A DNA stretch of 61,123 nt, counting the filler. It is 5 parts of 5 records of this genome, joined end to end, with 100 filler letters (N's around TTAATTAATTAA, not from the genome) between each part and the next. Parts side by side here need not be neighbours in the genome. Positions count along the whole stretch, not along the records: positions 1 to 31,777 come from SRR31147125_6796; 4 more parts are not named here. One strand, given 5' to 3'. The position numbers were made by a program, and so were the translations under genes. Shown here piece after piece: positions 1 through 8,553 of the stretch; position 1 is the stretch's first letter; each line of letters begins with the position of its first letter. The notes beneath the pieces are model-generated. The model had not been told where the DNA came from. It searched no databases and saw nothing but the letters and a program-made list of their open reading frames with translations.

Positions 1-542
<542 letters not shown>

Positions 543-552
543 TTAATATTAT

Positions 553-746
553 GGATGAGATATATCCAGGAAGGTAGGTCGTCATTTATTACCTCACACT
601 TTAAAGTATTACGATGAAGACCTTAACGCAAACAGATCGTCACGAATCCCCTTTTGTCCGCTAAAACACTCTTACGGTTGGCGATATTATTCATTCGAAA
701 TCACATAACGATTTCTATTTGACTGAATTGAAAACTCCCCTAGTTT
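553..746 (-). other. Candidate structured 5' leader or small RNA upstream of obgE
   Basis: Several nested inverted repeats: 553-566/683-696, 576-585/614-623, 628-634/655-661 (G-U pairs favour the minus strand) and 697-702/710-715. An extended -10 lies just upstream. No Rfam family recognised. Confidence 0.35.
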
Positions 747-752
747 GCTGGT

Positions 753-761
753 ATTATAGCA
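753..761 (-). promoter_or_regulatory. Extended -10 promoter element (TGcTATAAT) ahead of the obgE leader
   Basis: Minus strand reads TGCTATAAT, matching TGnTATAAT. Confidence 0.45.
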
Positions 762-791
762 TCAATTTGAATAATGTCTTATCAATACAAC

Positions 792-1460
792 CTATTTTGT
801 CAAATTTAGACGTTTCCTTTTCGTATCTAATCCTAACTTTTTCAAAACCTTTCGTAAACCAAACCAACCAATTTTTACATGCCCGTACTTTGACGTATTC
901 AAGGCTCGAGCGATATTTATCGTACTTGATTCCGGGTTGGAAAGAATGACCTCACGTACTTTTTCTTCAATAGAATGATTAATGGGTCGAACCGATTGCT
1001 CTGCTTCAGTCGGGCTAATGATTTTTTTGGGACTTGTTTTGGAACTTTTCTTAGGCGCCGCTTCAACATTAACTAGCTTGGGTGCAGTCACTTTGGTGAG
1101 ACCGGATTTTTCAAAATCATCCACAGCTTCTTCAATAGTATCAAAGGATTTCAAAATATAATGAAATTCCAATAGCTCAAATACTTCATAAACCTCAGGA
1201 ATCATTTTAACAAGTTTTAAATCTCCGCCCTTTTCCCGAATACCCTTAATTTCGCTAATAAAAATACCCCAGCCGGCACTACTAATATAATCCACATTTC
1301 CCAAATCGATAATAATGTGATAGGATTCAGATTTTAATATCTCACCTAGTGCATGTTCAAGCTCTGATGATGTGGTTGTGTCAATATATCCACCAACCTT
1401 AATAACTGATATTGTATTTTGCAATCCCGCTTTATCAACTGACAATTGAATGCCTTCCAT
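792..1460 (-). CDS. STAS-domain anti-sigma-factor antagonist (RsbV/SpoIIAA family) with a C-terminal HTH-like extension
   Basis: GGYIDTTTS...IIIDLGNVDYISSAGWG...GGDLKL...VYEVFELL is a STAS signature with the phospho-acceptor Ser. About 100 extra C-terminal residues follow. Confidence 0.92.
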   Translation of the reverse strand: MEGIQLSVDKAGLQNTISVIKVGGYIDTTTSSELEHALGEILKSESYHIIIDLGNVDYISSAGWGIFISEIKGIREKGGDLKLVKMIPEVYEVFELLEFHYILKSFDTIEEAVDDFEKSGLTKVTAPKLVNVEAAPKKSSKTSPKKIISPTEAEQSVRPINHSIEEKVREVILSNPESSTINIARALNTSKYGHVKIGWFGLRKVLKKLGLDTKRKRLNLTK

Positions 1461-1528
1461 TTTTTATCTCCCGTTCCCTAAACTCCAGCAAAATATCTGC
1501 TAATGTGAAATCTTCTCCTTAAGAATTA

Positions 1529-1545
1529 AGCAAGCCCTATGCCTT
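1529..1545 (-). promoter_or_regulatory. Putative sigma54 (-24/-12) promoter for the STAS gene
   Basis: Minus strand AAGGCATAGGGCTTGCT has GG-N10-GC spacing with GGCA and TTGC cores, about 70 nt before the ATG. Confidence 0.5.
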
Positions 1546-1644
1546 CGCTAAAAATGATCTGTTTTAGAATTGAGGTAGTATTCAAGATGAAGATTCAGTA
1601 GATTATACTATTTGTTCCCACAAAAAAATAATTTTATGAACTTA

Positions 1645-1673
1645 AATATAGCTGATAAAGGTTTAAATGTCAA
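1645..1673 (-). promoter_or_regulatory. Putative sigma70 promoter upstream of the STAS gene
   Basis: TTGACA-N17-TATATT on the minus strand. Confidence 0.55.
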
Positions 1674-1765
1674 TAAAAATTATACATGATGTAAAACTTG
1701 AGTAATATTAATTATTATACAAGGTCTACTTGCAAACCTAAAATAAATATAATCAAAAACTTGTA

Positions 1766-4700
1766 TTACATTTTTTCCAGGTAAAGTTTTGCCCGTTCTA
1801 TATTTGCTCGGATATCATTTTTGTGTGGTGTGACTTTAAGAATTTGTTCCCAACATTTAATTGCGCGTTTCAAATCACCGTTGCTTGCGCAAACAACTCC
1901 AAGGTTTTCATAAGCATCGACATTCTTTGAATCTAAATTTAGAACACGCTCATATTGTCTTTCGGCCTCCTTTAATTTTTTACTTTTAAAGTATGTATTA
2001 CCAAGTAATGAATGTATCTGAACATCATCCGGATATTTTTTAACGAGTCTCTTAAACTCGGTAATGGCTTCAATATAATTTTCCTGTTTATACAGTTTAA
2101 TAGCATTTTTCATCTCTTTCTCACGTACAACCAGGTCCTTTTCTTCGCTTATTTTTTTCTTGTCCTTTTTTTGATTTTGTTTTTGTTTCTTGCCAAAATC
2201 AAAATTTGGCTTTTGGGTTGTACTGTTTTCTGCATAAGAGGGATCACTGTCGATAATATCCATTAATTCATCAAAAGTAAGTTTTTGGTTTTCCGGTTCA
2301 GGTAATGATTTTTTCTTTGTGCTTAGATCCGGTTCTTTTATTTCCCATTTTTGTGGTACATTTAAATCGACTTGAGACTCATCGTTATCTTTATTTAATC
2401 TGGTCCTTAAATGTTCTTTTAATATTTTTTCTGCAACAAAATCATCTACTTCTCCTTCGGGTGTCACAAGGCCTTTTTCATCCTCAATTTCCAAAAACTC
2501 GTCAAATGGCTCTTTCAAGTCGGGATTTAAAAATATATCATTCGCATTTTCCTCAGAAATAATTTCTGCATCCTCAATCGACTGTCCCTCAAACACTTTT
2601 TCTACCGGCTTTGATTCCGGTTCATCTAATCCACCACCCTCTTCGATTAATTCAGCAAAATCAAGTTCGTCTTCGTCGCTTTTCTCATATTTCTCAGGAG
2701 AAGATAGAATATCTAATTCCGGAGCATTTAAATCGTCTTCAGCTCGGGTTTCTTTTTTCGATTCCACATCCTTATTTTCAGCATCAGTGAGATTCTCGTC
2801 GGAAATAATGGAAATAATTTCTTTTTCTTTTATTTTTTCTACTTTATCTTCTTTTTCTTTAGAGCTCTTTTTTAAGGATTCTAAAGACTCTGAAGATTTA
2901 GTTTCATCTGACTTTTGTTGTGCCGGAGAATCCGGATCACTTTTTTCCGACTCTTCAGACGGATCCTTTGTCGATTCAAATTTCTGATCTTCAGTTAATG
3001 CCCGATCTTTTCCGGATGCATAATCAAAATAGTCAATAACATTTTCTATTTCTTCATCAAGCGTGTTATTGTCCTGATTTTCCTCCTGAGTAATCTCCAA
3101 ATTGACTTTTATGGGTATGTCTTGACCTGTAGCATATTCAAATGATACAATATTATCTTCCAGCCCTGTACTTTTTTCTGTAACTTCTTCATCTTTAGGC
3201 TTCTCTTCCTCATCATCCTTTACAGAAAACTCTCCACCAGAAGCGTAACTAAAAGTTAAATCATCCTCTTCCAGATCAACATCCACTTCTTTTTCTTCAG
3301 GAATCTCATTACCTAAAGTATCCTGATTCTCAGAGAATTGAGACTCGTCGTCTGCAAAAGATTCTACCTCGGCGGCATCTTCCTCATCAGAATCTTGACT
3401 TGCTTTTTCTGCATAGCTATTCTCTTTTTCTTCTGGCTTTTCCGGGCTTAGGGGTGGCTCACCAGAGGCGTACTCAAACGCAGAATCATCCTCATCAAAA
3501 ACATCCTCTTCCTGAACATTTTTTTCGTTTTTTTCTGTTTCTGTTACCTCAGATAATAACGTTTTTTCTCCTTCAGCATACTCGAATGATATATCATCAC
3601 TCTCCAGGGCTTCTTTTACTTCCTCCCCATCTTTACCATGTGTGGTTGTGGATGAATCGTTTGATTTTTCATTCACCGAGAGATCCTCTCCCCCCGCAAA
3701 ATCAAAAATTTCATCCATATCTATGAATAGCTGATCCTTTTCTCCATCTATCTTTTCCTCCGCTGGAACATCCGCGTCAGCGCTGACAGTCTTTTTATCC
3801 AGCAAATCTTCGACCGGTTTGGTCACGATATCACTTGTCTCAAGAGTCGCTATATCTTGCGGTTGTTTTGTCTCCTGGTCGGGTCCCAGGCGCGATTCTT
3901 TTATTTCAATTTCTTTTATCTCTTTATCTTTTTTCTTATTAGATGCTACCAGTTGTGTGGATTTTTCTTTTTGCTTTGATGGTTCTTTATAAATATCGTT
4001 TTGCAGAATGACTTTACCATCAATAGTTAGTAATGGTGTACCTGGAGGTTTAATCCGTTTTTTTCTTCCACCACGAGAAACAAATGCTTCTCTTAATTCT
4101 TTTGTATTTAACCGGGCACGTACAAGCTCTTCATATATTTTAGAAACGTTGATTTTTGTGTTTCCATAATGTTCTGTATTTAATTCCTCACTGATTCGCT
4201 TGGCCCCATAAGTCGGATATCTACGGATAATATCATAAATCTTTGTTTTTTCTTCTATACTAAGATGTTTGGCTTCAATCTGTTCTGTATCACTGTCTAT
4301 TTCGTAGCTTTCAATTCCTTCCTTTTCAAATACATCTCTATATTTCGTTCTGTAGGCATAAACGGAAAGACCCGCATTTTTACACGCTTTCTTGATAGCA
4401 CTACCTTCCTGAATAAGCTTAAATGCCTTTTGAGCTCGTTTCAGTTCCACTTTATCTGCGGATGTTTCTTCCTTGATTGCAACCAGAGTTATATCGTCAT
4501 TTTGTGGAGTACCCTGTGTAAAAGAATCCAGTTCCCCATTTAGTTTTTCAACAAAGACCTTTGATGGCAGGTGCCCATTCTGCCGAATCACGTTTAAATA
4601 ACGTTCTTCACCAAATAACTGACGACTATCATCCATTGCCTCAGTTACACCATCTGTGTAAATTATCAAGATATCATCTTCCGCCAGCGCGATGGTATCC

Positions 4701-5884
4701 GATTCTATGGATTTTTTAAACAGACCGGGATCCGGAAGAGAAATACCTATTGGAAATCCACGAGGATTTAAATAATATGTATTATTCGTATTGGCCCGAT
4801 ACAGAATCATCGGATTATGGCCAGCACTCGCGTAATTGAGTTTTCGTTTTTTTGAATCAATTATAACGTAAAAAAGGGTAACAAACATACCCTTTTTCAT
4901 ATCATTCACGACAAAGTCATTCACCTTTGCGAGGACTTCAGCGGCGTCTTTTACGCCTCGCGCTTCGGTTCGAAGCGCTGTCCGTATCATTGTCATGACA
5001 AGGGATCCGGGCACACCCTTTCCGGACACATCTGCTACCACAATTCCAAGCGAATCTTTATCTACCTCCACAAAATCAAAGTAATCTCCGCCAACCTCCT
5101 TGGCAGCAGCATAAAAAGAGGCTATTTCATACCCTTCAACATCTGGAAATTCAGATGGAAGAAGTGTTTGTTGAATTTCCTGTGCAACCTGCATCTCTTT
5201 TTGTAATCGCTCCTGCTCAGCCATGTTTTTTTGCGAATCCTTTAGTTTAGAAGTAATATCACTAAAGGCCTTGGCTATTTCCCCAACCTCGGAGGATGCA
5301 TCGATATCCATTTCTTCCATCACACCCGGTTGACTCAGAGCGCGCACCCATTCAGCCAGGCGTCGGAATGGATTCATGACTAAATATATGAGTAAAAATA
5401 ATCCACCGGCAGATAATCCCCATATGAATAAAGACATGTTTAGATATCTAAATCTGGATTTGCTAATCTGAGATTTGACCAGATCATAATCAAGTTGAAA
5501 ATAAATCCGGGAAATCTCTACGTCACCGTTATCCTGAATAGGCCATATGATATTATATATATCTTTACCATTCTGGTTTTTATATCGAAAGACATTTTCA
5601 TCAACAGTTGATTTATTCTCTGGTAAATTAAAACTATCTAAAATATTAAATATATTTTCATCCGTTGTCGCTAAAACCTTGCTATCTTTATCCACTAAAA
5701 AGGCATTTACCATGATTTGATTAAAAACGGATTTTTCTAATAATCGCATGGTTCTATTGGCTTTTTCAATGATCTCAAAATCATTTAAACTGCCTGTGGT
5801 GCCAAGTTGGTCTTTTTCGGCGCTCGTCAAGATACCACTAAAATTATTAGCCAAATCCAAACAGGCACTGTTAGCCTGTGCCAT
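1766..5884 (-). CDS. Membrane SpoIIE/RsbU-type PP2C phosphatase: extracytoplasmic region, TM, HAMP, PP2C, HTH-like pair, long acidic region, C-terminal TPRs; probably the C-terminal part of a fusion with 5827-6456
   Basis: EMQVAQEIQQTLLP...AAKEVGGDYFDF...VADVSGKGVPGSL...ASAGHNP...IYTDGVTEA...DDITLV; HAMP-like MNPFRRLAEWV...SEVGEIAKAF; C-terminal TPRs (HSLLGNTYF, AYENLGVV). Confidence 0.9.
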   Translation of the reverse strand: MAQANSACLDLANNFSGILTSAEKDQLGTTGSLNDFEIIEKANRTMRLLEKSVFNQIMVNAFLVDKDSKVLATTDENIFNILDSFNLPENKSTVDENVFRYKNQNGKDIYNIIWPIQDNGDVEISRIYFQLDYDLVKSQISKSRFRYLNMSLFIWGLSAGGLFLLIYLVMNPFRRLAEWVRALSQPGVMEEMDIDASSEVGEIAKAFSDITSKLKDSQKNMAEQERLQKEMQVAQEIQQTLLPSEFPDVEGYEIASFYAAAKEVGGDYFDFVEVDKDSLGIVVADVSGKGVPGSLVMTMIRTALRTEARGVKDAAEVLAKVNDFVVNDMKKGMFVTLFYVIIDSKKRKLNYASAGHNPMILYRANTNNTYYLNPRGFPIGISLPDPGLFKKSIESDTIALAEDDILIIYTDGVTEAMDDSRQLFGEERYLNVIRQNGHLPSKVFVEKLNGELDSFTQGTPQNDDITLVAIKEETSADKVELKRAQKAFKLIQEGSAIKKACKNAGLSVYAYRTKYRDVFEKEGIESYEIDSDTEQIEAKHLSIEEKTKIYDIIRRYPTYGAKRISEELNTEHYGNTKINVSKIYEELVRARLNTKELREAFVSRGGRKKRIKPPGTPLLTIDGKVILQNDIYKEPSKQKEKSTQLVASNKKKDKEIKEIEIKESRLGPDQETKQPQDIATLETSDIVTKPVEDLLDKKTVSADADVPAEEKIDGEKDQLFIDMDEIFDFAGGEDLSVNEKSNDSSTTTHGKDGEEVKEALESDDISFEYAEGEKTLLSEVTETEKNEKNVQEEDVFDEDDSAFEYASGEPPLSPEKPEEKENSYAEKASQDSDEEDAAEVESFADDESQFSENQDTLGNEIPEEKEVDVDLEEDDLTFSYASGGEFSVKDDEEEKPKDEEVTEKSTGLEDNIVSFEYATGQDIPIKVNLEITQEENQDNNTLDEEIENVIDYFDYASGKDRALTEDQKFESTKDPSEESEKSDPDSPAQQKSDETKSSESLESLKKSSKEKEDKVEKIKEKEIISIISDENLTDAENKDVESKKETRAEDDLNAPELDILSSPEKYEKSDEDELDFAELIEEGGGLDEPESKPVEKVFEGQSIEDAEIISEENANDIFLNPDLKEPFDEFLEIEDEKGLVTPEGEVDDFVAEKILKEHLRTRLNKDNDESQVDLNVPQKWEIKEPDLSTKKKSLPEPENQKLTFDELMDIIDSDPSYAENSTTQKPNFDFGKKQKQNQKKDKKKISEEKDLVVREKEMKNAIKLYKQENYIEAITEFKRLVKKYPDDVQIHSLLGNTYFKSKKLKEAERQYERVLNLDSKNVDAYENLGVVCASNGDLKRAIKCWEQILKVTPHKNDIRANIERAKLYLEKM

Positions 5885-6456
5885 AAAATCCTTTTGGATA
5901 ATTCTTTTTTGCTGAAAGAAAAAAACGTATAGACAAAAATCAAAAGCATGGTGATTAAACCAACGGAATAAAACCAGTACCGTGTCTTGAGTGGTAAAGG
6001 TATCGTTGGAACACTTAGTTTTCTTTTTCTGGGGACGTCTCTTTTTTTAGTTAACCATAATTCATTGCCTTCTTCGGTTTTTCGGTAGTCGATATCATCT
6101 AAAAGACGCCGCATTATAAATATACCCAAACCACCCTTTTTCCCGATATCTACGTACCGCTGTAAATCCGGGTCCTGAACTTTACGAGGATCAAAATATT
6201 TTCCCTGATCAATAAGAATCACAGTCATACTGTTATTCTTAACTATGATCCTCATCGTTAAATCGCCTTCCCAGTCCCGATAAGCGTGTCGTATTATATT
6301 GGTCGCGGCCTCATCAATAGATAACCGGAAGGCATTAACAACCCTTTCTGAAAAGCCATATCGTTTGCCTGTTTTGGTTACAAAATCCCGTAATTCTTTG
6401 AGATAATCAATCTTGGCCGGAACCTTGAGTTGTTCCTTTATCACATGTTTAAACAA
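5827..6456 (-). CDS. Anti-sigma-factor Ser/Thr kinase (RsbW/SpoIIAB, HATPase_c_2) plus TM helix; probably the N-terminus of the phosphatase, split by a frameshift
   Basis: LSIDEAATNIIRHAY (N box), DQGKYFDP (G1), KKGGLGIFIMRRLLD (G2). One extra T in the run at 5919-5925 gives a continuous frame (FVYTFFFFQQKRIIQKDFMAQANS). Confidence 0.88.
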   Translation of the reverse strand: MFKHVIKEQLKVPAKIDYLKELRDFVTKTGKRYGFSERVVNAFRLSIDEAATNIIRHAYRDWEGDLTMRIIVKNNSMTVILIDQGKYFDPRKVQDPDLQRYVDIGKKGGLGIFIMRRLLDDIDYRKTEEGNELWLTKKRDVPRKRKLSVPTIPLPLKTRYWFYSVGLITMLLIFVYTFFSFSKKELSKRILWHRLTVPVWIWLIILVVS

Positions 6457-6473
6457 TACTCATTTCCCTACTT

Positions 6474-8507
6474 TTAGTTCTCTTTATCATTTGCCGCATT
6501 CTTTTTCTTCGCATTCCGGGCGGCGTCAATTGCGTCAAACAGAACTTCATTCAATGGTTGATATTTCCGTGCTTCCTCATAAAACTTGATTGCTTCATCA
6601 TAATTTCCACCCATGTAAGCATTAAATCCTTGCCTATATAAATTTGTGACCTGCTCGGTCATTTCCTCTTTTCTTGCGTTTGCGCGTGCATTGGCATCAT
6701 CGTACTTTTTCTGAAGTGATTTATTGTCAGGTTCGTATTTCAAAGCACTTTTATAAGTCTCGGCAGCCATAGCCCAATTTTCATCCAGTTCAAAAGCAGC
6801 AGCTCTACGACGTAGATCCTGGTAATCCAACCTGTTTTGCAGACGCTTCATTCGACCTTCAATGCGACTCGCGTAAACAGGATTATACTCTCTTGCAACC
6901 TGGGCTGCCTGGTTATATTTGGTCAAAGCATCCAACACACGATTTTTCTTTGCCAAAGCTTCCGCCTCAGTTGATAATTTAACAATTTTTTCTTTTAAAT
7001 CGCGTTCTGCTTTATCTCTGAGTTCTTTGATATCCGTTCTGTTCGAATCTAAACTTAATGCTGCATCACATTCCATTAAAACCCGACTAAACTCTTCTGA
7101 TTCATAATAGATGTCAGCCTTTCGAACGTGCTCATTTATCCTTTCCAGCTGGCGTTTTTGATCTTGCTCTTTAACATTCTTTTCAACGGCTTCCTGTGCC
7201 GCTTTTTCTCGTTTCTCATCTATGGCGGATTGAATCCGGTCGTGCCACACTCGTGCATTTTGCAGGTCTTCATCGGATCCTGTTTGGTCATAGGCCAATA
7301 CACGATTTATAAATACCAATGCGCGCTCATAATCACCCTGGTTAAATCTCATCCTGGCAGATGCCAGACCTTCATCAATGTTTTCGGCTCGTTCAATTCG
7401 TTGTCTGTTTTTAACTTCTTCTTCAATACGTCTTGTTTCCCGCTCATTGTTCTCTGCAATTTTTTCTTCTCTTGTTTTACCTATTTTGAAAACGAAAGAA
7501 ATTCGATGGCTTGTTCCTCCAATATCAGAGTCCCAACTCCAAAAGGAATAATCGATCTGGAAATTTGAATATTTTGCACCCAGGCCAAATGTCGGTTTTA
7601 AGCCCATGGATCCGCTGCTTTTTTGTCGACGCTCGGCTCCAATCCGAAACATTCCCTGCAGATTTGCACTTTGACGATAGCAATATTCAGCACCAAAATG
7701 ATATAACAAAGGCATACGCTTATTATTTATTTTCTTTTCATTCTGATCCACTTCCAGGGCAACCAAAATGTGATTGCCACCCGTTCCCATATAGTGCATT
7801 TTTGATATGCCGAACCTGTAATTGCGGGGTGCCGATTCATTCACATCCACAGCTTTTACAGATCGTTTTATCACATTTTGAATATTTAATCCAACAGCAA
7901 TATTTTGCAGCCATTCATTGGATAAAGGTGGTGTTACCAAAAGGCCAAAATCAGCTCCAAATCCGGTCTCAATGATGCTGACAGCCTGACCTGACGCTTG
8001 TTCCACGTATCCTGGAAAATTGACCCTTTCAACTTTTAGGGTGGTCCCAACAGATATCCAATCAAAAGGTCTTAAGCCATAGCCTAAAAGAAACAACGTT
8101 CTTCCATAGCTTAAACTTCCCAGATAAGTTGGATCTTCATCTCGTATTGGAATATCACCGGTGGATAGCCGTAGTATTCCACTGGAAAACGTTCCAAACG
8201 ACAACGTTGGATGCGCGTATGCGAGATAATCGTACTGTGTATCTCCCAAAAGATTTGTATGGTAGAAACTAAAACTCTGTTGTTGCACGTTTTCCAGCGC
8301 GGCCGGATTCCAATAAAGAGCAAAAGGATCATCCGCCAATGATACAAAAGCTCCACCCATGGCCATCGCTTTGGCCCCTACGGGAAGGTCAAACACATCT
8401 GCAACACCTCCCCACCCATCGCTACTTCCGTTTGTCTGCGAATAAACAGTTGAAAAGAAACCTGTCAAAATAGCGAAAAGAATATATGTCTGTATATTTT
8501 TTATCAC
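6474..8507 (-). CDS. PorV/PorQ-family outer-membrane beta-barrel with a C-terminal coiled-coil/TPR extension
   Basis: Signal peptide, then LPVGAKAMAMGGAFVSLADDPFALYWNPAAL (PorV/FadL-like N-terminal motif). The barrel ends near SHRISFVFKIG and is followed by about 330 aa of helical/TPR sequence. Confidence 0.85.
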   Translation of the reverse strand: MIKNIQTYILFAILTGFFSTVYSQTNGSSDGWGGVADVFDLPVGAKAMAMGGAFVSLADDPFALYWNPAALENVQQQSFSFYHTNLLGDTQYDYLAYAHPTLSFGTFSSGILRLSTGDIPIRDEDPTYLGSLSYGRTLFLLGYGLRPFDWISVGTTLKVERVNFPGYVEQASGQAVSIIETGFGADFGLLVTPPLSNEWLQNIAVGLNIQNVIKRSVKAVDVNESAPRNYRFGISKMHYMGTGGNHILVALEVDQNEKKINNKRMPLLYHFGAEYCYRQSANLQGMFRIGAERRQKSSGSMGLKPTFGLGAKYSNFQIDYSFWSWDSDIGGTSHRISFVFKIGKTREEKIAENNERETRRIEEEVKNRQRIERAENIDEGLASARMRFNQGDYERALVFINRVLAYDQTGSDEDLQNARVWHDRIQSAIDEKREKAAQEAVEKNVKEQDQKRQLERINEHVRKADIYYESEEFSRVLMECDAALSLDSNRTDIKELRDKAERDLKEKIVKLSTEAEALAKKNRVLDALTKYNQAAQVAREYNPVYASRIEGRMKRLQNRLDYQDLRRRAAAFELDENWAMAAETYKSALKYEPDNKSLQKKYDDANARANARKEEMTEQVTNLYRQGFNAYMGGNYDEAIKFYEEARKYQPLNEVLFDAIDAARNAKKKNAANDKEN

Positions 8508-8553
8508 AACACCTTTAAAAGAATTTAATTAATTTTATTTCAACGATTTCAAT

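Noticed and set aside
728-746. TPP riboswitch (minus strand starts ACTAGGGGAG)
   Set aside because: The CTGAGA and downstream ACCTGA...AGCGTAGGGAA core elements are missing.
4082-4442. An IS481 element inserted in the phosphatase gene
   Set aside because: Only the HTH-like part is present, in frame, with no DDE domain, terminal inverted repeats or target duplication seen. Treated as a domesticated domain.
5919-5925. Programmed frameshift or phase variation between kinase and phosphatase
   Set aside because: The run is only 7 nt, and similar one-base errors hit dnaJ and grpE on the same contig. Sequencing error is simpler, though not excluded without reads.
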